Positions 9,475 to 17,351 of a stretch of DNA of 64,000 nt are shown here, in pieces. The position numbers were made by a program, and so were the translations under genes. How positions within the stretch are numbered: the first letter of the stretch is position 1; each line of letters begins with the position of its first letter. Origin of the DNA: a virus (Duplodnaviria > Heunggongvirae > Uroviricota > Caudoviricetes); the IMG/VR virus record IMGVR_UViG_3300024269_000002; one strand, given 5' to 3'. The notes under the pieces were generated by a model that was given only the letters and a program-made list of their open reading frames with translations, was not told the DNA's origin and searched no databases.

Positions 9475-11343
9475 GTGAGTAAGGAATATACTTCCGAATC
9501 AATTCAAGTGCTTGACGACATTGCACACATGCAATTGCGTAGAGGCATGTATATCGGTGAAGCTAATGATCCTCGTCAGCTGTTGTCTGAAGTTTTTGAC
9601 AACGCGATTGATGAAGTGCAGGCAGGCTTCAGCGACGAGCTGGTAGTTACAATTGACACAACTGCAAACAAGTACAGTGTAAGAGACTTCGGTCGAGGTA
9701 TTCCTCACGGCAAGAAGACTCTTGAGAATGGAACTCAGAAAGAAATTCTGGAAATTCTGATTACAAAAGCTAACAGTGGTGGTAAGTTTGATAACTCTTC
9801 TTACAACTACTCCTCTGGCTTGAATGGTCTAGGACTGACGATTACCAATGCGCTTTCAAATGAAATCCATCTTGCATCCTATCGTGATGGTAAGGTTGTA
9901 GAAGCAAGAGCTTATGGCAGTACTGTTGTGGATCTTGCTTATGAGTGCGGCAGCACTGAGCGCAATGGTACGCTGGTTGAGTTCATTCCCAATCCTAAAA
10001 TGTTCCACAGTAAGAAAATTCCGATCGACTTCATTCGTGATCGTTGTCGAGTAGCAAGTGCTCTTGGATTTAGAGCACGACTCGTTGTCGATGGTGTTGA
10101 GCAGAAAACTGATGCAAGTATGTTTGACCTCATCAAAGAAGAGAATGACAAGGTTAGCGTCTATGTTAACATTCAGCCGATCGAAGTCATTGCGAGTACT
10201 GCAGAAAAGATGAAAGTAGCCCTGCGCTATACTTCAGAAACAAATGATCGGTACTTCGGTTATACTAATCTGTTGAGCAACTATCTTGGTGGCACTCATG
10301 TTCAAGAGCTGTCTAAAACAATCATTGCAACTTGGAAGGAATTCATTGATAGTCACAAGAATATCAAGCCTTCCATTGAACTTCATAACAACGACTTCCT
10401 GATTGGTCTCCGTGGCGTATGTGCAGTGTTTATTGCACATCCTGAATTCTCTTCTCAGACAAAAGAAAAGCTCGTTGTTAACAAGAAGTACTTTGAGGAA
10501 TTGATGGGCTTGTTCAAGTCTCAGTTCTCTCGTTATCTTGAAGAGAATGTTCTCATCGCACAGCAGCTTATTAAGCGCTTCGAAGAGTATCGAGTTGCTC
10601 AAAATAATCTATTGTCCAGAAAAGAGATTAGTTCTTTGATCAAAGTGAACAACGATGGTGAAGATAACATCCGTAGACGATCCGTTGTGTCAAAGTTGGT
10701 TGAATGTACTTCTCGTAAGAGAAAGAACACAGAGTTGTTTATCGTTGAGGGTGACTCTGCAAAAGGACCTTATATGTTTACTCGTAACAGAGAACTGCAA
10801 GCTGTGCTGCCTCTGAGAGGTAAGATTCTGAATGTGACTTACAAGTCTATCAAGGATGCAATTAAGAACTCTGAAATTTGTGATATTGCAAACAGTATGG
10901 GTTGTGGTATCGGTGGCGCTTGCGATGCTAACAAGTCACGATATGAGCGAGTGATTATCTCGGCTGATGCTGACCCAGATGGTTTGCAGATCAATTGTCT
11001 GGTTCTATCTGTGTTCATCAATCTATTCCCTGATATGGTAAAGCAAGGTCGAGTGTATGTATCTATGCCTCCTCTGTATTGTTGGGGAGATAATCCTAAG
11101 AATTACGGTTGGTGCAACCGAGTGGAAGATATTCCTGCTGGTGTAAAGAATGTTCATCGCTTCAAGGGCTTGGGCGAAATGAATGATGATCAGCTTGAGT
11201 ACTTCTTAGTTAATCCTGAAACTAGAAACTTGATGCAGATTCAGTACCCTAGTGATGTTGAAGAGTTTAACAGAATTCTTGGAACCTCTGCTGGTAAGAA
11301 TGATCTTCTGAAAGAGCTCGGAATTGTTGAGAAAGGTGAGTAA
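9475..11343 (+). CDS. type II DNA topoisomerase, ATPase/TOPRIM subunit (GyrB-like; T4 gp39/60-like)
   Basis: RRGMYIG and VFDNAIDE GHKL-ATPase motifs, TOPRIM ELFIVEGDSA, KGLGEM; GTG start with AAAGGAG RBS. Confidence 0.85.
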   Translation: MSKEYTSESIQVLDDIAHMQLRRGMYIGEANDPRQLLSEVFDNAIDEVQAGFSDELVVTIDTTANKYSVRDFGRGIPHGKKTLENGTQKEILEILITKANSGGKFDNSSYNYSSGLNGLGLTITNALSNEIHLASYRDGKVVEARAYGSTVVDLAYECGSTERNGTLVEFIPNPKMFHSKKIPIDFIRDRCRVASALGFRARLVVDGVEQKTDASMFDLIKEENDKVSVYVNIQPIEVIASTAEKMKVALRYTSETNDRYFGYTNLLSNYLGGTHVQELSKTIIATWKEFIDSHKNIKPSIELHNNDFLIGLRGVCAVFIAHPEFSSQTKEKLVVNKKYFEELMGLFKSQFSRYLEENVLIAQQLIKRFEEYRVAQNNLLSRKEISSLIKVNNDGEDNIRRRSVVSKLVECTSRKRKNTELFIVEGDSAKGPYMFTRNRELQAVLPLRGKILNVTYKSIKDAIKNSEICDIANSMGCGIGGACDANKSRYERVIISADADPDGLQINCLVLSVFINLFPDMVKQGRVYVSMPPLYCWGDNPKNYGWCNRVEDIPAGVKNVHRFKGLGEMNDDQLEYFLVNPETRNLMQIQYPSDVEEFNRILGTSAGKNDLLKELGIVEKGE

Positions 11344-11344
11344 G

Positions 11345-12733
11345 ATGAAAGAATTTATTTCTATGGATGCTTGTGAACTTGCAAAGACCAACTATACCGA
11401 GTATTCTCAGTATGTTGCTCAAGGTCGTAGTTATCCTTCTATCTATGATGGTGCAAAGAGTAGCTACAAGAGAGCAATCTACGGTATGTATACCAACAAG
11501 ACAAGCAAGACTGTTAAGGTTGCGGAGCTGGCTGCTCATGCACTACCTTATCACCCTCATCCCACTTCCGTGGCAGGAGTCATCATTCAGCTCGGTGATG
11601 GTGGTAACAAGCTCAAGCTGATGGATACTCAAGGTAACTGGGGTAACAGTGCTCGACATATTGAAGCTTCTGCAGAGAGATATATTGGCGGTAAACTGTC
11701 TACTCTGGCGGAACATCTACTGTGTGACTCTATTGAATACTGCAAGTTCGTTCCTGGTGAGATTGATAAGGATGAGCCTCTTGCTCTTCCTGCTCTCATT
11801 CCTCTGTGCTTTATCAATGGTAACAGTGGTATTCCTTCTGGATTGCCTACTTTGAATATTCCAACAATTGACATCATGGGAATGATTGATTACTATCTTG
11901 ATATTCTTGCTCACAAGGATGTTGAGTACAAGCCGAAGAAGTATCCGAAGCCCAATCTGGAAATCAATGTGCTGTCCTCTGTTGAGGATTGGAATAATGT
12001 CTTGGAGACTGGTAAAGGAAGCATCCGCACTGCTCCTATCATGAGCATTGACGCTGCTAATGTAATCACGATTACTGGTTTACCGAAGACTAAAACAGTT
12101 GATCATGTTCGTAAGATTGTCGAGAAGGAAATCTTGCTCGACAAGATCGATATTCGAGATGAGACAGCTGAGACTATTCGTATTGTTATTGAGAAAGTTC
12201 CTCATAAGCAGTGCGATATGAAAGAACTGTTCAAGAGACTGTACACTAAATTGCAGTCCTCCGAGACTTACAACCTTGCATTCTTCGATGAAGATAAGAT
12301 CTATGTACCTTGTAGCTTCCACAAAGTCATTAGAACTAATCTTCAGTATGTCATTGACACTCAGCGCAATCGTCTAGCTAAGGAGCTGGAACAGCTGAAG
12401 ATTCGCCTGCGTGTTCTGGAAATCATTGAGGACATGAAGAAAAAGAACAGTCTGAAGAGCTTGTTTGACCTGGATAGTAAGGCTGCGCTTAGTCACATCT
12501 GTGCCACATATAAATGTGATCAGGATATTGCAAGCAAGGTGTTGCAGAAGCCTATTTCTTACCTGACAAAGGAACATGGTCAGGAGTTGATTGATCTTCG
12601 TAATGATATTGAAGCAAACGAAGCCGATCAGAGTGACATCTATGAGTTCATGACTCGTAAGTACAAAGCTCTGAAGAAGGAGCTAACTCCCGTTCTTAAA
12701 AATAAGTTTGCTCCTACAACTTTCATCAAGTAA
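11345..12733 (+). CDS. type II DNA topoisomerase, breakage-reunion subunit (GyrA-like; T4 gp52-like)
   Basis: RSYPSIYDGAKSSYKRAIYGM matches the GyrA N-terminal winged-helix region; immediately follows the GyrB-like gene. Confidence 0.8.
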   Translation: MKEFISMDACELAKTNYTEYSQYVAQGRSYPSIYDGAKSSYKRAIYGMYTNKTSKTVKVAELAAHALPYHPHPTSVAGVIIQLGDGGNKLKLMDTQGNWGNSARHIEASAERYIGGKLSTLAEHLLCDSIEYCKFVPGEIDKDEPLALPALIPLCFINGNSGIPSGLPTLNIPTIDIMGMIDYYLDILAHKDVEYKPKKYPKPNLEINVLSSVEDWNNVLETGKGSIRTAPIMSIDAANVITITGLPKTKTVDHVRKIVEKEILLDKIDIRDETAETIRIVIEKVPHKQCDMKELFKRLYTKLQSSETYNLAFFDEDKIYVPCSFHKVIRTNLQYVIDTQRNRLAKELEQLKIRLRVLEIIEDMKKKNSLKSLFDLDSKAALSHICATYKCDQDIASKVLQKPISYLTKEHGQELIDLRNDIEANEADQSDIYEFMTRKYKALKKELTPVLKNKFAPTTFIK

Positions 12734-12746
12734 GCGGAGGAGTGTA

Positions 12747-13187
12747 ATGCATAGTATCAACATCCAGAAAGTAAACTTGAATGCAGTAGTACCGACTTAC
12801 GGTAGCGAGGGTGCGGCAGGCGCAGATCTGTATGCTTGCTTAGAGACTCCCGTTCGAATTGATCCAGGTGAGGATGGAATCATTCCTACTGGCATTGCTG
12901 TTGAAATCCCGAAAGGCTTTGCGGGACTTATCTATGCTCGTAGTGGTATGGCTTGTAAGAGAGGTTTAGCTCCTGCAAACAAAGTTGGAGTTATTGACAG
13001 TGACTATCGTGGAGAAATGATTGTGGTGTTGCACAACCACAGCAATGAAACAGAATATATCTATGATAAGGACAGGATTGCGCAGTTTGTGCTAACACCT
13101 GTTTGGACTCCTAGCTTCAATGTTTGTAAAGAACTTTCTGACACAGCCAGAGCTTCTGGAGGATTCGGTTCAACAGGCACACGATAA
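12747..13187 (+). CDS. dut: dUTP diphosphatase
   Basis: dUTPase motifs AGADLYA, ARSGMA, GVIDSDYRGE, RIAQFVL; GGAGG RBS. Confidence 0.9.
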   Translation: MHSINIQKVNLNAVVPTYGSEGAAGADLYACLETPVRIDPGEDGIIPTGIAVEIPKGFAGLIYARSGMACKRGLAPANKVGVIDSDYRGEMIVVLHNHSNETEYIYDKDRIAQFVLTPVWTPSFNVCKELSDTARASGGFGSTGTR

Positions 13188-13188
13188 G

Positions 13189-13217
13189 TTGATTAAATAA
13201 CTGTTATCATATATAAT
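13189..13217 (+). promoter_or_regulatory. conserved promoter TTGATT-N17-TATAAT with AACTGTT
   Basis: aagTTGATTaaatAACTGTTatcataTATAAT. Confidence 0.6.
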
Positions 13218-13246
13218 AAGAGCATAAAGGATAGGAGGTAGCTTAT

Positions 13247-13663
13247 ATGACTATCAAACATGCTCTTGTTGCTGGTGAGATCTGCGCATATGTTGAGGGA
13301 ACTGTTACTCGTATTCCTAACCAGTGGGTTCCCGGCGTAGTAGATATTCAATGGAAGGATCCTCGTGGCGTTACAAATGTTGTTGCTGGTGAGGAGAACT
13401 TCATTCCTGGAGCTTACAATGATCTAGTTGACATGGTCCGTAAAGCTAAAGAAGCTATCGAGCGTGATGTTCGAGTTGTTCTGAATCAGTCTTTCTTCCG
13501 TCCTTCAGATACAGAAAAGGCAATCGTCCGTCTCATGGTGCAAGATGGCGAGGACCTTAACAGCATCACTCCTCGTAGAGTGAAGAAGGTTTGGGAAGGT
13601 ATGCTACGACTCTACGATGTGTGCAACACGATGGAAGAAGCATACATGTGCTACATGCACTAA
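13247..13663 (+). CDS. hypothetical protein
   Basis: ORF with GGAGG RBS. Confidence 0.5.
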   Translation: MTIKHALVAGEICAYVEGTVTRIPNQWVPGVVDIQWKDPRGVTNVVAGEENFIPGAYNDLVDMVRKAKEAIERDVRVVLNQSFFRPSDTEKAIVRLMVQDGEDLNSITPRRVKKVWEGMLRLYDVCNTMEEAYMCYMH

Positions 13664-13670
13664 GATCAAG

Positions 13671-13699
13671 TTGATTATCCAACAGTTATCTATTATAAT
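13671..13699 (+). promoter_or_regulatory. conserved promoter TTGATT-N17-TATAAT with AACAGTT
   Basis: aagTTGATTatccAACAGTTatctatTATAAT. Confidence 0.6.
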
Positions 13700-13728
13700 A
13701 AGCACATAATAGATAAGGAGATGGTTGT

Positions 13729-13908
13729 ATGAAACAGCTCAAAGTTAATATCGTGTGCGATGAAAAAGCACGCACAGTCGCCATTGCAGTTGACGACGGT
13801 GAGTACATGGTCTACAACAATGACAATCCAGTCATTGATCGTCTGCTGAAGTATCTGGATTGGCCCGAACGATATCATACCATCATTGATGTCGTTGATA
13901 ATAAATAA
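13729..13908 (+). CDS. small hypothetical protein (59 aa, below the ORF-track cutoff)
   Basis: ATG preceded by AAGGAG; translates to MKQLKVNIVCDEKARTVAIAVDDGEYMVYNNDNPVIDRLLKYLDWPERYHTIIDVVDNK. Confidence 0.45.
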   Translation: MKQLKVNIVCDEKARTVAIAVDDGEYMVYNNDNPVIDRLLKYLDWPERYHTIIDVVDNK

Positions 13909-13928
13909 ACATACTGGAGGTAAATGTT

Positions 13929-14399
13929 ATGAAGCCTGAGAAGATTCTCGAAGCCATCAAGGCGATTCCTGGTGGCAGATTTTTCCGCGTCCGTTACATG
14001 ACCAAGGTCAAGATGAATGCCGAGTCCGTCAAGAACGGCATTACGGTTATCAAGATCGTGGACACCACCACTCGTACTGGTGTCAAGTACAAGAACATTG
14101 CTGGCGTTGTGCTGAACGAGTACCCCGACAGCTATGTCCCCAAGGTCTCCAACTGGGAGTGGGTTATTCCTCAGCGAGTCAAGCACAACAGCAAGACTGG
14201 TAAGGATTACCTGGTCATCGCTCCCATCGCGAAGGGTCACAACACTCATGTGTCCTATGTCCTGACCGATGGTGACGGCAACAGCCGAGTCATCACGAAG
14301 GAAGAGGCAAAGGAGTACTCTGTTCCCTCCTACTGGAAGGAAGGCGACAAGCCTGCTATCATGAACGTTACTCTGGAGAATGTTCTGATGGTTAAGTAA
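13929..14399 (+). CDS. hypothetical protein, strongly codon-optimised (probably abundant)
   Basis: GGAGG RBS; GC content and C-ending codon usage far above the window average. Confidence 0.55.
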   Translation: MKPEKILEAIKAIPGGRFFRVRYMTKVKMNAESVKNGITVIKIVDTTTRTGVKYKNIAGVVLNEYPDSYVPKVSNWEWVIPQRVKHNSKTGKDYLVIAPIAKGHNTHVSYVLTDGDGNSRVITKEEAKEYSVPSYWKEGDKPAIMNVTLENVLMVK

Positions 14400-14425
14400 C
14401 TTCCAGAGTTACAACTAAAAGTTAT

Positions 14426-14493
14426 AGGCGCTAACGGGAAGATTGGAGCCACTTAATAATAGTGACTAGTTACTAATCAACTCGTTAGCGCCT
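14426..14493 (+). promoter_or_regulatory. large RNA hairpin (11-bp stem AGGCGCTAACG/CGTTAGCGCCT, about 46-nt loop with an inner ACTAGT quasi-palindrome)
   Basis: Perfect inverted repeat directly downstream of the codon-optimised gene; no U-tract follows. Confidence 0.4.
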
Positions 14494-14528
14494 AAAGCAC
14501 AAGGGAGGAATGTTGCGGAGAATCTTGA

Positions 14529-14894
14529 ATGAAAACCGCTTCAGAATACATTATGTCAACAGAAAAAATCTACATAACAGCAGACCAGATCAAGAATACT
14601 TGCACGGATAGAGACTCGCAAGAAACAAATATCAACTGGCTCCGAGATGATGAAATATTGTCGATAGAAACAAGCGACAATACATTCTTAACTAAGATGA
14701 AACACATCATGGAAAGAGATCCAGATAACTACAAATGCTACTACTATGCAAGCAATGTAGATAAAAAGACCGGCAAAGTATGTGCATATGTATTTGAAGT
14801 AAGCAAGAAGCTCCTCAACTTTAGAGTCAACAGCGGCAGAAGAGAATTAACTGAGGATGAAAAAATAGCACTTAAACAACGGTTGAAAAAATAA
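14529..14894 (+). CDS. hypothetical protein
   Basis: ORF with GGAGGA RBS. Confidence 0.5.
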   Translation: MKTASEYIMSTEKIYITADQIKNTCTDRDSQETNINWLRDDEILSIETSDNTFLTKMKHIMERDPDNYKCYYYASNVDKKTGKVCAYVFEVSKKLLNFRVNSGRRELTEDEKIALKQRLKK

Positions 14895-14964
14895 ATCAGA
14901 TCAATAAAACTGTTTGTTTATTGACCATAATTAGTGCTAAATTGTTCGTTCAAAGATACAAAAC

Positions 14965-15004
14965 AAAGCACTACAGCACATAACGCGTTGTAGTGCTTTT
15001 TGTT
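14965..15004 (+). terminator. rho-independent terminator
   Basis: aaagcactaca..tgtagtgcttt stem followed by a T tract. Confidence 0.7.
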
Positions 15005-15069
15005 ATATGCACATGTAGCTCTTGTATATAGTAATGTAAGTTAACTTATAACAAAGAGGTAGATAAGAA

Positions 15070-16596
15070 ATGAGAGATATATTTGTTTATGATACAAGTA
15101 AGAAGGTTCCAAAGGATGTAACACATGTTAGAGTTGCAGATGGCGTTGAGATAATTCCATTCAATGCATTCAAAAATTGCAAACATCTTGAATCAATCGA
15201 GATTCCGTCAAGTGTAAGAGCAATCGGTATAAATGCTTTTGAGGGATGTGGTAACATAACTGATGTGTATGTTACTAACGACTCAGTATGGAACAATATG
15301 AGCTTCATGGGTGGTTGGTGTGATCCTGTTAAAGAGCGTGGAGCTAGTTTGCATATAGTTGACAAGCTAACAGATTGTGAAGTTACAGCTACACAAGATG
15401 ATACAGAGGAAGAAGATGAGCTAGATGATCTTTCTTGGAGCGACATGCTTGATGAACTCGATGGTGATGAGGATTGGATGGATTCCCTCTATCAAGAGTT
15501 TTGTGATGAAGCTTATGCTCTTGTTGAGAAAGAAGGCTTTACTGACGTGTTTACTGAGCCTTCAACACAGATGGGACGTGGTGGTGATTTCTTCTGGGCC
15601 AAGAAAAATGGCGTAAATTATCGTGGTAACTATGATTTTGAATCTGAACAAGATATGTTCTGGAATTGTTGTTATGAAGCGGATTCAAGAGAAGAAGCTA
15701 TTGAACTGTGTGCAAAGAAATATGCAAGTATTATCTTGAGTTCATTGAAGCCTGTAGTTGATGATCTTGATGAAGCTGCTTTCAGTGGCGGTATGGCTGG
15801 TGACAACAGTGCTAGCGGTGGCACTATTCGTGGTAGAGGTGCTTCTACGCAGCCTGGAAAGAACAACTACTTGAACAGAATGAAGAGCAAGAATCCTGAT
15901 CTTGTTGATACTATGGTAATCAAAGTTAGTGACATCAAGCCTGGAATGATTACTCAAGCTGGTCAAGTTAAGGAAGCTGAGGCTCGTAATCATGTTAGCG
16001 GTGGCAAGAAGATGTACATCATGCACACTAATGGTTATGATGGATTCTGGGGTCTTGATGAAACAATGGATGTTATGGTTGATCCTGAGAACAAGTCAAA
16101 GCCCTTTGCTGGTGATTACAGAGCTCTGCTGAAGATGGGCTTAAAGGAATCTAAATCTATCAAAGAGAAAATAGGAGATAATTATTCTAACAATATCGAA
16201 TATTGTCCTAGTTGTGGTGAATACTTAGATGGTAGTGATATCTCCGATGAACGTGACAATTCAGTAAGGTATACTTGTTATCATTGCGGTAACTCATTTG
16301 ACCGCACTAAATACTATAATGAATCTAAATCTATTGATGAAGCTCTTGTTACTGATTACATGGACAGTGAAACACTTCATAGAGCGATGCAACATTTGAT
16401 GTTTGGAACCTTCAATGCATATAATCAAGAAGAGAACATGATTGTTAAGACTACTACAAATCATGGTGCATTTGGAGGCGTAAATCAATTACATAGATAT
16501 TTCAAATTTGTACATGGTGAGGATGGATGGGAAGCATACGAAGTTTCTTCTACAGGTGATAAAGTAGGGGACGCATTCTTGATTGACAACATCTAA
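15070..16596 (+). CDS. BspA-type leucine-rich-repeat protein with acidic linker and C-terminal zinc ribbon
   Basis: N-terminal LRR_5-like repeats (IIPFNAFKNCKHLESIEIPSSVRAIGINAFEGC), D/E-rich segment, CPSCG...CYHCG pairs. Confidence 0.5.
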   Translation: MRDIFVYDTSKKVPKDVTHVRVADGVEIIPFNAFKNCKHLESIEIPSSVRAIGINAFEGCGNITDVYVTNDSVWNNMSFMGGWCDPVKERGASLHIVDKLTDCEVTATQDDTEEEDELDDLSWSDMLDELDGDEDWMDSLYQEFCDEAYALVEKEGFTDVFTEPSTQMGRGGDFFWAKKNGVNYRGNYDFESEQDMFWNCCYEADSREEAIELCAKKYASIILSSLKPVVDDLDEAAFSGGMAGDNSASGGTIRGRGASTQPGKNNYLNRMKSKNPDLVDTMVIKVSDIKPGMITQAGQVKEAEARNHVSGGKKMYIMHTNGYDGFWGLDETMDVMVDPENKSKPFAGDYRALLKMGLKESKSIKEKIGDNYSNNIEYCPSCGEYLDGSDISDERDNSVRYTCYHCGNSFDRTKYYNESKSIDEALVTDYMDSETLHRAMQHLMFGTFNAYNQEENMIVKTTTNHGAFGGVNQLHRYFKFVHGEDGWEAYEVSSTGDKVGDAFLIDNI

Positions 16597-16609
16597 CAAG
16601 ATACTATTC

Positions 16610-16648
16610 ATAGCGCAGTTGCACTTAGTTGTAGCTGCGCTATTTTAG
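16610..16648 (+). terminator. rho-independent terminator
   Basis: agcgcag...ctgcgct stem followed by TATTTTA. Confidence 0.55.
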
Positions 16649-16677
16649 TTGTATGTTTTAACTGTTTATTATATAAT
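16649..16677 (+). promoter_or_regulatory. conserved promoter TTGTAT-N17-TATAAT with AACTGTT
   Basis: tagTTGTATgttttAACTGTTtattaTATAAT. Confidence 0.55.
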
Positions 16678-16707
16678 ATGTATATAATGAGACAGGAGGT
16701 CTTCTAT

Positions 16708-16992
16708 ATGGAAATGTACACACTGAAGGATCTGAATACTGGTACCACCGTTGCAATCATTGATCAAACTGAGATGTCTCTGGAAGAGGCATTTGACTAC
16801 ATACGGAAAGAGAACAAGGAGCTGAATAGACAGTTGGCTACTGCCGTTGAATGTATTGAAATGTTTATCAAGTCTTGTGGTTCTTGTGCTCTTTGTGTCA
16901 AGCAAGATTGTAAGCTTCGTGACAAGCATCGTGAGTGGGGCAGCCCTTGTAAGCCTATCTGGTCTGGTGGTATGGATGCGGCAGCTGGTTGA
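16708..16992 (+). CDS. hypothetical protein with C-terminal Cys cluster
   Basis: GGAGG RBS; CGSCALC motif. Confidence 0.45.
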   Translation: MEMYTLKDLNTGTTVAIIDQTEMSLEEAFDYIRKENKELNRQLATAVECIEMFIKSCGSCALCVKQDCKLRDKHREWGSPCKPIWSGGMDAAAG

Positions 16993-17047
16993 TCTTGTAT
17001 ATACTGTTATGAGCTATTTTGAGAATGAATAGAAAGGTGCTTAGTGT

Positions 17048-17299
17048 ATGAAAGGTTTGATTGAGTTATTGAACAGAGCACATGAACTCGATGAAGCAGC
17101 TAACAAAGAAGTAGTTGGATCTGATGTTGTTATCAGTCAAGACGCAGAAGATTATTTCTGCGAAGGTGAGGATGATTGTGGTTACATTGGTTCATGTGGT
17201 ACGCTGATTTCTCACGATACTACAACAGATATGTGTGAAGTTGAATTCAGTGATGGCTGTATCATAACAATTCCGTTTGAGTACTTAGAATTGAATTGA
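17048..17299 (+). CDS. hypothetical acidic small protein
   Basis: ORF in track. Confidence 0.45.
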   Translation: MKGLIELLNRAHELDEAANKEVVGSDVVISQDAEDYFCEGEDDCGYIGSCGTLISHDTTTDMCEVEFSDGCIITIPFEYLELN

Positions 17300-17351
17300 A
17301 CATGAAATTCAAATGAGAGAATTACAAACAGTATAAGAGGTTTAACTATAT

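Noticed and set aside
14426-14493. Possible tRNA or terminator at the long hairpin
   Set aside because: There is no cloverleaf features (no T-loop GTTCRA motif, wrong arm lengths) and no U-tract after the stem. It is kept as a structured RNA element only.
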